Shown: positions 1 to 9,271 of the stretch, in pieces
Position numbering within the stretch: position 1 is the stretch's first letter
Layout: each line of letters starts with the position of its first letter
Assembly: GCF_006345805.1 (NCBI RefSeq)
Contig: NW_021825813.1
Coordinates: 1 to 14,212, forward strand
Reading direction: 5' to 3'
DNA: 14,212 nt
DNA from: Octopus sinensis
Taxonomy: Eukaryota
Translations under genes and position numbers: made by a program
Notes under the pieces: model-generated
What the model saw: only the letters and a program-made list of their open reading frames with translations
What the model was told of the DNA's origin: nothing
The model's database searches: none

Positions 1-57
1 AGGCTGTTAAGAGCTTTCAAATTCATGGGATTAAGCATTTTAGCGATTGATTGAATC

Positions 58-63
58 CACACA

Positions 64-117
<54 letters not shown>

Positions 118-118
118 A
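58..118. repeat. (CA)n microsatellite
   Basis: Near-perfect CA run visible directly. Confidence 0.98.
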
Positions 119-261
119 TGCAGTTATGAGCATACACACAGATATGCGCATGCGTAGATATGTTGAAGCACGCGCATACGTATACTTATATAAGCAGACA
201 CTAGAGTACGCGTGCATGTGTATACACTCAATACGAAGAAGGAAAGGATGTAGACCATAAG

Positions 262-280
262 ATGCAGCAGTAGCAGCAAC

Positions 281-347
<67 letters not shown>

Positions 348-364
348 AGAGGAGGAGGAGGAGG
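262..364. repeat. Compound trinucleotide microsatellite (CAG)/(AGT)n/(GAG)n
   Basis: Pure AGT run 281-347 followed by a GAG run. Confidence 0.97.
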
Positions 365-394
365 GGTGATTGAAAACGAAAATTTGGATAACGA

Positions 395-395
395 A

Positions 396-459
<64 letters not shown>

Positions 460-510
460 AAAGAGAGAGAGAAAGAAAAAAAGAAAGAAAGAAAGAAGAA
501 AGAAAAAAGA
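395..510. repeat. (AAAG)n microsatellite
   Basis: Direct reading; explains the KKER and FLSF ORFs. Confidence 0.97.
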
Positions 511-744
511 AGGAATGAAAGAATTAGTCTGAGCGAAAACAAAAGTTACGTTAGCAATCGTTATTGTTCGGTTCAAATCTCAGATGGTGGAATGTAGAAT
601 GGAAAGAACTCGAAAGAAAGCGCCGTACTTGTATTTAGTGAAGTCAATTTACACCCTTAAACCAATCGCCAACTTAGAAAACTTTGGTCTTCACCCTTCC
701 AGGGCCATATATTATAACCATATTATTACAGTGAGATTAATACA

Positions 745-973
745 TATCTCTTTATTACCCACAAGGGGCTAAACACAGAGCGGACAAACAAGGACAGACA
801 TAGGTATTAAGTCGATTACATCGACCCCAGTGCGTAACTGGTACTTAATTTATCGACCCCGAAATGATGAAAGGCAAAGTCGACCTCGGCGGAATTTGAA
901 CTCAGAACGTAACGCAGACGAAATGCCGCTAAGCATTTCGGCCGGCGTGCTAACGTTTCAGCCAGCTCGCCGC
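745..973 (-). mobile_element. Full-length tRNA-derived SINE (family 1) with 16-bp target-site duplication
   Basis: Minus strand starts GCGGCGAGCTGGCTGAAACGTTAGC (A-box-like) and has a B-box GAGTTCAAATTCC. The body GCCTTTCATC..GGGGTCGATAAATTAAGTACC resembles the Meta/beta-core type SINE domain (from memory). It ends AATAAAGAGATA and is flanked by identical CAGTGAGATTAATACA at 729-744 and 974-989. Confidence 0.93.
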
Positions 974-1316
974 CAGTGAGATTAATACAACCAACTAATA
1001 TCCCTCTCTCAAATTTTTTTCCATTCTGCCAAAATTTAACAGAGTCAAAGGAAGAAGCCCCATAACTTGCGGGAACTACTACCGAAAGAAACTGTCATTC
1101 TTCAACTACTGCAATAGAAACCAATGTTGATAAAAAAATTTTAAATTACAAAAAACCTCAGTGCTATCATGTTAAACCAAATGTACCGCCGCTCAAGATT
1201 ATATAAACAATTCCTTTGACGGATTTATGTGTAGTTTCTTTCCTCGCATTTTTAATCCGAAATGCTTGGGTTTAAACCCAGACGAGTGTGGAAGAAAATT
1301 CTCTCACAGTAAAAGG

Positions 1317-1406
1317 TGATTCCCATTGAGGAAGGCTAAAGAGCCAGAAACGTGCATCTGTTGTTTCCCAATGAGGACTGCTGAAGAGTCAAAAACGCAC
1401 GTCTGT
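1317..1406 (+). repeat. 45-bp tandem duplication; each unit resembles a decayed minimal hammerhead
   Basis: Units 1317-1361 and 1362-1406 align without gaps at 35/45. Unit 1 reads UUCCCA-UUGAGGA-A-GGCU-AAAG-AGCC-A-GAAA-CGUGCA-UC. Confidence 0.6.
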
Positions 1407-1739
1407 GAATACGATAGGGGGAAGCACCGGGCAGATATGGTGTTTTTACACATTCTATCATAAGAGAGAATTTTTTTCTTCACGGTAACTGCACTGAATT
1501 TACCTTTAGAAGTTACTATGTGCCACAAACATATTAACTTAAAGTTCGTTTATTCCTAATACCTGTATGGTGCTCCTACTGGTCTCTCCTCCACACTCTC
1601 TCTCTATATATATATATAGAGGCAATTCGAGGATGTTAGATCCACATTAGGGATTATATAATACCCAAAATTCTACTGCTTAATCACTATCGTATAAGGA
1701 TAAAGTCTCGATGATATGTTAGGGTTTATTGTATTAATA

Positions 1740-2305
1740 CCTATTCTTTCTACTCTATGCATAAGGCCCGAAATTTGGGGGTGGGGGCAGTCGATTAGAT
1801 CGACCCCTGTATGCAACTAATACTTAGTTTATCAACCCTGAAAGGATAAAAGGCAAAGTCGACCTAGGCGGAATTTGAACTCAGAACGTAAAGACAGACG
1901 AAATACAAGGGGCTAAACATAGAGAGGACAAACAAGGACAGACAAACAGATTAAGTCGATTATATCGTCTCCAGTGCGTAACTAGTACTTATTTAATCGA
2001 CCCCGAAAGGATGAAAGGCAAAGTTGACTTCGGCAGAATTTGAACTCAGAACGTAAAAGCAGACGAAATACCTATTTCTTTACAACCCACTAGAGGCTAA
2101 ACACAGAGAGGACAAAAAAGGACAGACAAACGGATTAAGTCGATTATATCGACCCCAGGGCGTAACTGGTACTTATTTAATCGACCCCGAAAGGATGAAA
2201 GGCAAAGTTGACCTCGGCGAAATTTGAACTCAGAACGTAGCGACAGACGAAATACCGCTAAGCATTTCGCCCAGCGTGCTAACGTTTCTGCCAGTTCGCC
2301 GCCTT
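1740..2305 (-). mobile_element. Head-to-tail trimer of family-1 SINE (one full head plus two 5'-truncated copies)
   Basis: The core GTCGATTA..CGACCCC..GGCAAAGTCGACCTCGGCGGAATTTGAACTCAGAACGT occurs three times (about 1740-1906, 1906-2071, 2072-2305). Only the rightmost copy has the A-box head; the leftmost has a different 3' tail. Confidence 0.93.
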
Positions 2306-2307
2306 AC

Positions 2308-2635
2308 ATATTATTAATATTGAAAGAAACAAGATGGAAGAAAATTAAGGTATGAATAATTTATTTGTATGATATAAAGATGTCGATTTTTTTTTAATAA
2401 TAACAATACAAATAAATCATAAGTGGTAAAGCTCAAAAAGAAATGATAGATGCTTCCTAGGAGCATGGACTGAAAAATATATGTAGGTTTTTTCGCATCT
2501 ACATTTTCTTTTTGAGCTTTACAACTTATAATTTATTTGTATTGTTATTATGAAAAAGAACTTTTCAACATTATACAAATAAATTATTCATGCATCGACT
2601 TTTCTCAATTTTCTTACTTTCAATATTAACAATAT
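2308..2635. repeat. Fold-back element: ~145-bp imperfect inverted arms (2308-2453 / 2495-2635), 41-bp spacer
   Basis: Left AATAACAATACAAATAAATCATAAGTGGTAAAGCTCAAAAAGAAA matches the reverse complement of the right arm; ends ATATTATTAATATTG / CAATATTAACAATAT; (TA)n on the right flank. Confidence 0.88.
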
Positions 2636-2805
2636 ATATATATATGTGTGTGTATTTTTAATGTGTACAAATAACACGGAAAAAACAAATAAATAGTTAA
2701 CAGGTAGCAAAAAATTCACATAAGTACCAAGGATATAACAGCCCACTTAAAAGGTAGAAATTGCAGGGTTTAGTGAAATGTTTTTGCGTAACAGATTAAT
2801 AAAGA

Positions 2806-3577
2806 AATGTAGCTAAACGCAGGTGCTATTCAAATCTTTATACTTCCGACATATGTTTCGAAGAAAACATTGGTATTATTCCAGAAGGAATAAATAAAAT
2901 GATGTAAAACAATGCGATCTTCGCATCAGGAAAAAAAAAGAGAAACAAAACACATCAATAAGCCGTTTTAACCGAATGTGATGACTGTGTATTTAAAAAA
3001 AAACAACCGTTAATATATTTAACTTCAAATGCAATTTAGAGAAAAGGAAAGAAAGAAAGAAATTAGCAGAAAACCAAGAATGGAGAAATGTAGTGCAATA
3101 GATGAATGGGAATAAAGCTTAAAGGCGTGGGAATGGATATATTTAGTAGAAATGAAATGTAAGAAGATAGTTAAAGGTTGAATTTTATAGATTGCTAGAA
3201 ATTACTTATAGGAACTAAAGGTATGTTTTTTGCCAATGTTTACAACGAAAAACGCGTTCTTTAAACGTGTTTACAAGAGAATTCTCTGAGAACAGGATGA
3301 GATATAGTTCATCGTTACATAGCGGACAAGAGGATTTACCTTTATCATATGGGAAGGACCTATATTGCATTTGACATTAAATCTATTAATGGTTTTTCTT
3401 TTTTGAATAACCTGCCAGCGTTCCCTTCATCAGATACAAAGTCATCACATTCGGATAGAATGGCTTATTGATGTATTTTGTTTCTCTTTTCTTCTCTGAT
3501 GAAATAATACCAATGTTTTCTTCGCAACATGTGTCGGAAGTATAAAGATTTGAATAACACTTGCGTTTAACTCCATT
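2806..3577. mobile_element. Fold-back element: ~220-230-bp inverted arms (2806-3038 / 3361-3577), ~320-bp spacer
   Basis: Left TATTCAAATCTTTATACTTCCGACATATGTTTCGAAGAAAACATTGGTATTATT matches the reverse complement of 3503-3556. The left arm has a ~43-bp extra block and the right a ~27-bp extra block. Confidence 0.88.
3491..3540 (+). ncRNA. Damaged type-I hammerhead-like motif in right fold-back arm
   Basis: CUUCU-CUGAUGA-(21 nt, weak stem II)-GCAA-CAUGUG-UC-GGAAG; stem I is CUUCU/GGAAG. GAAA is mutated to GCAA here but intact, with palindromic CAUAUG and GUC, in the left arm (2843-2859, - strand). Confidence 0.5.
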
Positions 3578-3671
3578 ACTTAATTTATTTATTTACCTAT
3601 ATACTTGCGAGCCTCCTGTCCTTCGACCCGGTCTGTATGATGTTGAAATGTATTCATAAGGCACATATTAA

Positions 3672-3741
3672 CAGTACGTAAAGAGCCAGGTGGAATGAAG
3701 CATTTTGTTTGACACCCTGACGATTTTGCCAGCTTGCGACC

Positions 3742-3742
<1 letters not shown>
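3672..3742 (-). mobile_element. Degenerate family-1-like SINE head fragment
   Basis: Minus strand GGTCGCAAGCTGGCAAAATCGTCAG..CAAAATGCTT..TCTTTACGTACTG aligns loosely with the SINE head at 2305-2230. Confidence 0.6.
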
Positions 3743-3772
<30 letters not shown>

Positions 3773-3833
3773 TATAAATATAGATATAGATATATATATG
3801 CGTGGTGTGTGTATGTGTGTGTGTATATATATG

Positions 3834-3866
<33 letters not shown>

Positions 3867-3900
3867 ATATATATATATAATATATATATTGGGCATATAT
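3743..3900. repeat. (TA)n/(TG)n/(TATG)n compound microsatellite
   Basis: Direct reading. Confidence 0.95.
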
Positions 3901-3910
3901 CTACATACAT

Positions 3911-4093
3911 ATCACGTGATCACGTGACCGACCAGACCATCAGATGTTGCTACACATCGCTGGTCACAATGCGTTCGCATTGTTTTAGCCTTCGAATGAC
4001 GCCACCCCGCTGGCTAAGCGAGCAGGCCAACAGAAGAAACCGCGATCTTTGACTGCGAGTTCGCTGCCCTAACCAGTAGGCCATTGCGCCTCC
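3911..4093 (-). mobile_element. tRNA-derived SINE (family 2), apparently internally deleted
   Basis: Minus-strand head GGAGGCGCAATGGCCTACTGGTTAGGGCAGCGAACTCGCAGTCAAAGATCGCGGTTTC is tRNA-like with an A-box. The B-box is cut short at ~4036. The tail ends in repeated palindromic TCACGTGA. Confidence 0.8.
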
Positions 4094-4250
4094 CAACACA
4101 TACAACACACACATATATATATATATTATATATATATATATATATATATTATAACGGGAAGCTTTATGAAAATAGAAAAAGACGAAGGCAGGTGGGAAAC
4201 AAACAAACAATTGTATTAGTATGGCGCTCAGGAAATATAAATAAAACAAG

Positions 4251-4288
4251 TCTTTAACGTTTCGAGCCTACGCTCTTCAACAGAAAGA
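4251..4288 (-). ncRNA. Minimal type-I hammerhead-like motif (A6U variant)
   Basis: UCUUU-CUGUUGA-A-GAGC-GUAG-GCUC-GAAA-CG-UU-AAAGA: 5-bp stem I, 4-bp stem II with tetraloop, palindromic AACGUU stem III. Confidence 0.6.
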
Positions 4289-4457
4289 TACACAGAGAAA
4301 TAAAAACACAGAAAGAAGGAGAAAAAAAATGCGTGCAGTAACTAACGAATCAACATGGCGATCTGATTTCGGCCAGAGGTCAAAGATCAAACATGAGACA
4401 CGAGAGCGAAATAAGGGGAGATAATAGGGTTGATAATAGGGTTGAATGACCAGCTAT

Positions 4458-4495
<38 letters not shown>

Positions 4496-5002
4496 TATAT
4501 ATTATATATTATATATTAGCATAAATCGAACAAGCGCATAATGCCTGAACACAGACAATATATACAACACACACGCAACACGCATAGAGAAGGATAACTT
4601 TCGCCCACATACATTGTACACATGCATACTATTTGGTCACAGAGACACACCAGTGAAAAAGAATACATCAACTGCTATCTCCCCCCCACACACATACGTC
4701 AACTACGCTCACACACATACACACACGTTACACGCACACACATACACACACACACACGTCAAGCTCACTTGCCTCCATTCACACATACACGCTTACACAC
4801 TCACACACTCCATTTTCACATACACATGCTCGCTTGCGCAACTTAGCTTGTTGGGATCACCATTATTATCTCCCTTTCATTCGACTTCGCTTTATTATCA
4901 CTCTCATTCAACCTCTTTTTTTCCCAATCATTTGTCATGCTGGACCACGGAGCTCTACACACTTTTGTTTTTTCATTCTCTCTCTGCTTATTTCTTCTTA
5001 TT

Positions 5003-5040
5003 CCTTTCTGTCGACGAGGGAAGGCTCGAAAGGTAGAAGA
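5003..5040 (+). ncRNA. Decayed inverted copy of the 4251-4288 hammerhead-like motif
   Basis: CCUUU-CUGUCGA-C-GAGG-GAAG-GCUC-GAAA-GG-UA-GAAGA; stems I, II and III are each broken. Confidence 0.45.
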
Positions 5041-5130
5041 CTTCTCCATTTTTCCTGAGCGTCAAACTAATACACTTGCTTGTTGTCCCAATATCTGCCT
5101 TCGCCTTTTCTTTTTCTATAAATTTGAACT

Positions 5131-5218
5131 ATATATATATACATACACATACACACACACGCACACAAACACACACACACACACACACACACACCACACA
5201 CACAACACACACACATAT

Positions 5219-5258
<40 letters not shown>
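5131..5258. repeat. (TA)n/(CA)n compound microsatellite
   Basis: Direct reading. Confidence 0.95.
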
Positions 5259-5260
<2 letters not shown>

Positions 5261-5262
5261 TG

Positions 5263-5475
5263 TATTAGAAAGTTACAAATAATATGAAGGTCAATAATAC
5301 ACTTATCAAAGTCGACAAACATCTAAAGAACAGCTTAAACTATTCTTACAATATCATGAATGTGGATTACTGAAGTTGAAAAGGAGTTACCTATATATAT
5401 ATATCCTCTGTGTTTAAATGTGTGTCGGCTTTGATGAGGAGTATTATTGACCTTGAACTTTGTCTGTTTCTAATA
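5263..5475. repeat. Small fold-back: ~70-bp inverted arms (5263-5333 / 5408-5475)
   Basis: AAGGTCAATAATACACTTATCAAAGTCGACAAACATCTAAA versus the reverse complement of TTTAAATGTGTGTCGGCTTTGATGAGGAGTATTATTGACCTT, about 36/42 identical. Confidence 0.8.
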
Positions 5476-5574
5476 AATACTTTAATCTAATCACTCAGTA
5501 AATTGATCCCTATGCTGTTGTTTCTTGAAAAGAGTTCACCTCTTTAATTTTTTATTACCTATATATATATATAT

Positions 5575-5622
5575 AGCGGTGGAGGGAAACAAACACAGAT
5601 ATAGAGACACACATAAATATAT

Positions 5623-5659
<37 letters not shown>

Positions 5660-5825
5660 CGTGGGCTTCTTTCGGTTTCCGTCTACTAAATCCCCCACAA
5701 CGATTTGGTTGGCCCGAGGCTATAGTAGAAGACATTTGCTCAAGGTTTCACGCAATGGGACTGAACCCAGAAACATGCTATGGCTGCGAAGCAAACTTCT
5801 ACCACACAGCCACGCCTGCGCTCCT
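5575..5825 (-). mobile_element. tRNA-derived SINE (family 3), head plus internal microsatellite, 3'-truncated
   Basis: Minus strand has A-box TGGCTGTGTGG and B-box GGGTTCAGTCCC, then ACCTTGAGCAAATGTCTTCTACTATAGCCTCGGG; homologous to 10986-11126. Confidence 0.85.
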
Positions 5826-5829
5826 ATCT

Positions 5830-5913
5830 CTCTATGTGTGTGTGTGTGAGTGTATATATAATATATATTATATATATATATTCATATATATATATACATA
5901 CACATATTATAGA

Positions 5914-5946
<33 letters not shown>

Positions 5947-6075
5947 ATATATATATATATTATATATATATCATTATATCTATATATAATTCATATATCT
6001 ATATACATACATATAATATAATATATTATATATATATATATATATATTATTATATGTACACAGTCATATATGTAT
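5830..6075. repeat. (TG)/(TA)n degenerate microsatellite
   Basis: Direct reading. Confidence 0.93.
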
Positions 6076-6268
6076 AAGAGTGTGTGATATGGTCACTCAA
6101 ACATACTCCCTCCCACACACACACACGCGCATGCGTAAATACACCCCCCTAGATACGCTCAATTATCTTACAACATATTTAGCTTTATTTAACAACTTTA
6201 TTTCTGTTTTTTTCTCACCCATTTTTTGTTTTCTTTTGTTTTGTTTTTTTTGTTCTTCTTTTATTTAG

Positions 6269-6331
6269 TCGGCGACAATAATACTATTGTTTCTGCTGCC
6301 AACTTCTTGAAAAGAACAAGATTGGTAAATG
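6269..6331 (+). CDS. Putative internal coding exon of an unidentified host gene (63 bp, phase 1-1): (x)GDNNTIVSAANFLKRTRLVN(G)
   Basis: A ~65-nt T/C-rich tract ends TTATTTAG (acceptor); the donor AATG|GTAAGT is a full consensus. The length is a multiple of 3, only one of three frames is stop-free, and the sequence is not low-complexity. Confidence 0.68.
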
Positions 6332-6477
6332 GTAAGTTAGTGAAAGATGGTGACAGAAGTATGGAATCAGTGTCAGACATTTATAATGACCACCAATATA
6401 GTTATTCATTGTGGCTTTGTCCATTAACTGTAACAAGCATTTAAAAGCTAATACTGATATGTTGCTATTCCAAATAC

Positions 6478-6501
6478 TGATTACTATTATTATTATTATC
6501 G

Positions 6502-6562
<61 letters not shown>

Positions 6563-6606
6563 CATTATTATGATTGTTATTATTATTATTATTATTATTA
6601 TTGTTG

Positions 6607-6661
<55 letters not shown>

Positions 6662-6708
6662 CATCATTATTATGATTGTTATTATTATTATTATTATTAT
6701 TATTGTTG

Positions 6709-6747
<39 letters not shown>

Positions 6748-6770
6748 GTGTTGCTCTTATTGTTATTACA
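6478..6770. repeat. (ATT)n microsatellite with GTT/ATC interruptions and a 102-bp higher-order duplication
   Basis: The interruption block ATCATTATTATGATTGTT starts at 6561 and 6663; GTTGTTGTT starts at 6603 and 6705. Confidence 0.95.
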
Positions 6771-6839
6771 CTGGTAAAAGACAAAATGGAAGACGATTAA
6801 ACATGGAGGCGAAAGAGTGACATTAACTGGGGGAGAGAA

Positions 6840-7339
6840 CATGTATGTTTATCTGAGTATATTTATTTAAGTGTATGTGTGTGTTTAAACAGTTGTGTGT
6901 GTTTGTGTGTTTATATATCTTAGTATCTGTGCGTATGCATGGGTGTACGTCTGTGTGCTTGTGTAGATATGTTTATCTCGTATGTCTCAGTTTTCTCCAT
7001 GTATATGTGTGCAAGAGAGAGAGAGAGTGTGTGTATGTCTGTGTGTATTTGTTTGTGTGCTGCGTACGTGTGTGTATGTGTGTGTGCAAGCGCTTGTGTG
7101 TGAGTGTGTGCGTGGTTGTCTACATATATGCGCTTGTATGTCTGTAAGTGTACGGTTATATTTCTGAGTGTATTTACATGAATTTGTCGACATATGATTG
7201 TGTTTGTTTAGGTTTATGTCAAATATTTTCATGTTTGTATATGTGTATTTTTATGTACTTGTGGTGTTTATCTATGCTTTTTCTCTCTCCGTGTTTACAT
7301 CTGTATACGCGCGCGTGTGTGTATGCGTGTGTGTGTGTT

Positions 7340-7387
<48 letters not shown>

Positions 7388-7510
7388 TATTCATGTATAT
7401 TTACCGGTGTTAGTTTCTGTATGTGTGCATTTGTGTATGTGTGCGTGTTTATCCTTCTATCTGTGTGCTTATCTGCATGCGTTTATGTGTTAATATGTGT
7501 GTGTGTGTTT
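6840..7510. repeat. Degenerate (TG)n-rich low-complexity tract
   Basis: Direct reading; source of the CV-rich ORFs. Confidence 0.9.
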
Positions 7511-7738
7511 CTCATGGCCTTCATCTTGACATCATTATCTTGTCTTCCTCCTCTATCATTTTAGCAAATTCATTACCGCCTCTCCAACCTCACTTCAGCA
7601 TTCTTCACTTAGGCTCTTTTTCTTTTACTTTAAAAATTTTACATTTCATTGTTCGTAGCTTGAGTGGTTGTTCCTCTTTTTACTTTTCCCAGTTTTTCTA
7701 TTCATTTGGCTCTTTTTAATTATGTTCTTGTTGCAATT

Positions 7739-8510
7739 GTTTAGCACCCAGATCAGCTCTGAGTTGATCAATATATCAAAGACGTTCTACCCGTGACTAT
7801 TCCATTTTTTATTCTGACGTTTTACATCTTGGACTTCTTTATCCAACAATACGTTTTTCTCTTACCTAGACTGTAGGCTGAAATTTGCAAGAGATTTGAC
7901 TATTATTTCTAGCCGATGGAGCTAGAATGTGGTCATATGTTATTGCTGTTGATGCTGTTTAACCCCGAGTCAGACGTTATTAAACAGGACAATGATCAAA
8001 GACATTCAAACTGTGGCCATCTAGTCTGTTCTAGTTTTGAGATAATTCTTAATGAATCAACAGAGAAATAAAAGACAAGATGGTCACAGTTGGACCGTAC
8101 ATGATTATAGGCTTGTTCGATCAGGGTTGTCCTGGAGTTAAACGATAATGATATGCCATTTAGAATGACATAAATGCTTCGCATTTCCCGCCCCCCTTTA
8201 TATTGTGGCCTTTTTGTCTATAAAATCAATTTTTGTAATTGTTTCCCAAGTTATACATTTGTAAAACAAATTAAGCTGACGAAATTGACAAAACGCCCCG
8301 ATATATGCAAATCGATATAGGTAAACCGATATAGGTAAATCAGTGTTTTTTTGTTTTTTTTTCGTTGTTCTGTCTGTCTGATGAGACGTGTCTGTTTTTG
8401 AGTAATTCTCTGTAAGCCAACCTTAAGAAGAAGAACAGATTGATTGTCACAGATGGTATGTCATTGATTTTAGGTCGGTTTGTATGATCAGAGCTGACTC
8501 AGGAAGCAAA
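7739..8510. repeat. Four decayed copies of a ~70-bp interspersed module (7739-7803 +, 7956-8027 +, 8073-8143 -, 8437-8510 -)
   Basis: Shared pattern TTTA(A/G)CCCC(A/G)G(A/G)TCAGC(C/T)CTGAT..ATCAAAGACATT..CTGTGACCATC; resembles an old cephalopod SINE tail from memory. Confidence 0.6.
8299..8340. repeat. 14-bp minisatellite x3
   Basis: CGATATATGCAAAT / CGATATAGGTAAAC / CGATATAGGTAAAT. Confidence 0.85.
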
Positions 8511-9194
8511 ACGGTAATAACTACAACTCCTGTTCTCATTTCGACTCCGACTTGATGCAACAAATATCAAAAATCCTAATAAAAAAAACCGTTTCAAGTG
8601 TGAGGTAGACACAGCAGAGTGCAAATGACACGATAAACTTCGCAAAATATATTCCGTTCAAAATAGTCCTCATGGTGGTATAATTTATTGTTTCATACCA
8701 CAGCAGCGGGAGTAAATGTGGAATTGGTAAGCCTTGCCTTAAGATTGTATTGTAGAATTCAGTTGTTCTTGCTTACAAACCAACATTTTATTCAGTGTGG
8801 TAGATTTATCACTTATCACATTTGATAGTACGGAATTTAAACATAAATAATTTTTATAGATTCTTTATATTTTGGAAATTAATTAGATAAACAATAATGG
8901 CTGTCGACGGACTTCTCGGGTCTGAGAAAACGATAAGCTAAAAGAACGCAGAAAATGATGTTGTTCAATTTACCAAAACAAAACATGTCATTGAATAATT
9001 ATCTGTTTATAAATCTAATGAATTTAGAGACGTATCAAAATCTCTTGAACGTTTTCTTGAATTCAAACCTCACACAATACCAAGGTTGTTCTTGGTGTGA
9101 AAAATCGGAGTTGCGAATCAACTCACGTTCTCATCAAACCACTATTATGACGATGTTTGTTTCACTTGTGTTATATATATACATACATATATAC

Positions 9195-9227
<33 letters not shown>

Positions 9228-9271
9228 TCTTTATCATTAAAGTTGCAAAAACACCACAAAAATATCACAAC

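Larger units (their letters stand above)
4155..5130. mobile_element. (TA)n-flanked fold-back element with diverged inverted arms (~4155-4340 / ~4950-5130); Penelope-like terminal-repeat remnant candidate
   Basis: The reverse complement of 4160-4290 (TTTCTGTTGAAGAGCGTAGGCTCGAAACGTTAAAGACTT..TTTCCTGAGCGCCATACTAATACA..CTGCCTTCGTCTTTT) aligns with 5005-5110. Both outer ends abut (TA)n. Confidence 0.75.

Noticed and set aside
584-650. Alternative frame RWWNVEWKELERKRR, reminiscent of the LINE PWWN motif
   Set aside because: Too short, closed by a stop, with no neighbouring RT or endonuclease motifs.
1021-1210. Possible GIY-YIG or Penelope ORF remnant upstream of the 45-bp tandem
   Set aside because: No frame shows recognisable endonuclease or RT motifs; no autonomous driver is visible in this window.
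745-2305. tRNA genes or a CRISPR-like array in the repeated SINE units
   Set aside because: The heads do not complete a cloverleaf and run into SINE bodies; the repeats are ~165-230 bp SINE copies without unique spacers.
23-7719. Many ORFs rich in HT, CV, YI, poly-L/I/N/Y and KKER
   Set aside because: They are translations of microsatellites that lack stop codons; no domain content.
7861-7880. Minus-strand 12-bp microexon-like signal TTTCAG|CCTACAGTCTAG|GTAAGA
   Set aside because: Conflicts with the stronger + strand exon and has no supporting context.
8276-8400. Isolated CTGACGA (8276) and CTGATGA (~8378) motifs
   Set aside because: No correctly placed GAAA, stem I or cleavage triplet.
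9070-9140. Two adjacent hairpins (ACCAAG/CTTGGT and GAGTTG/CAACTC) and a UUGAUGA on the - strand
   Set aside because: GAAA is replaced by GAUU and there is no stem I; short hairpins of this size are expected by chance.
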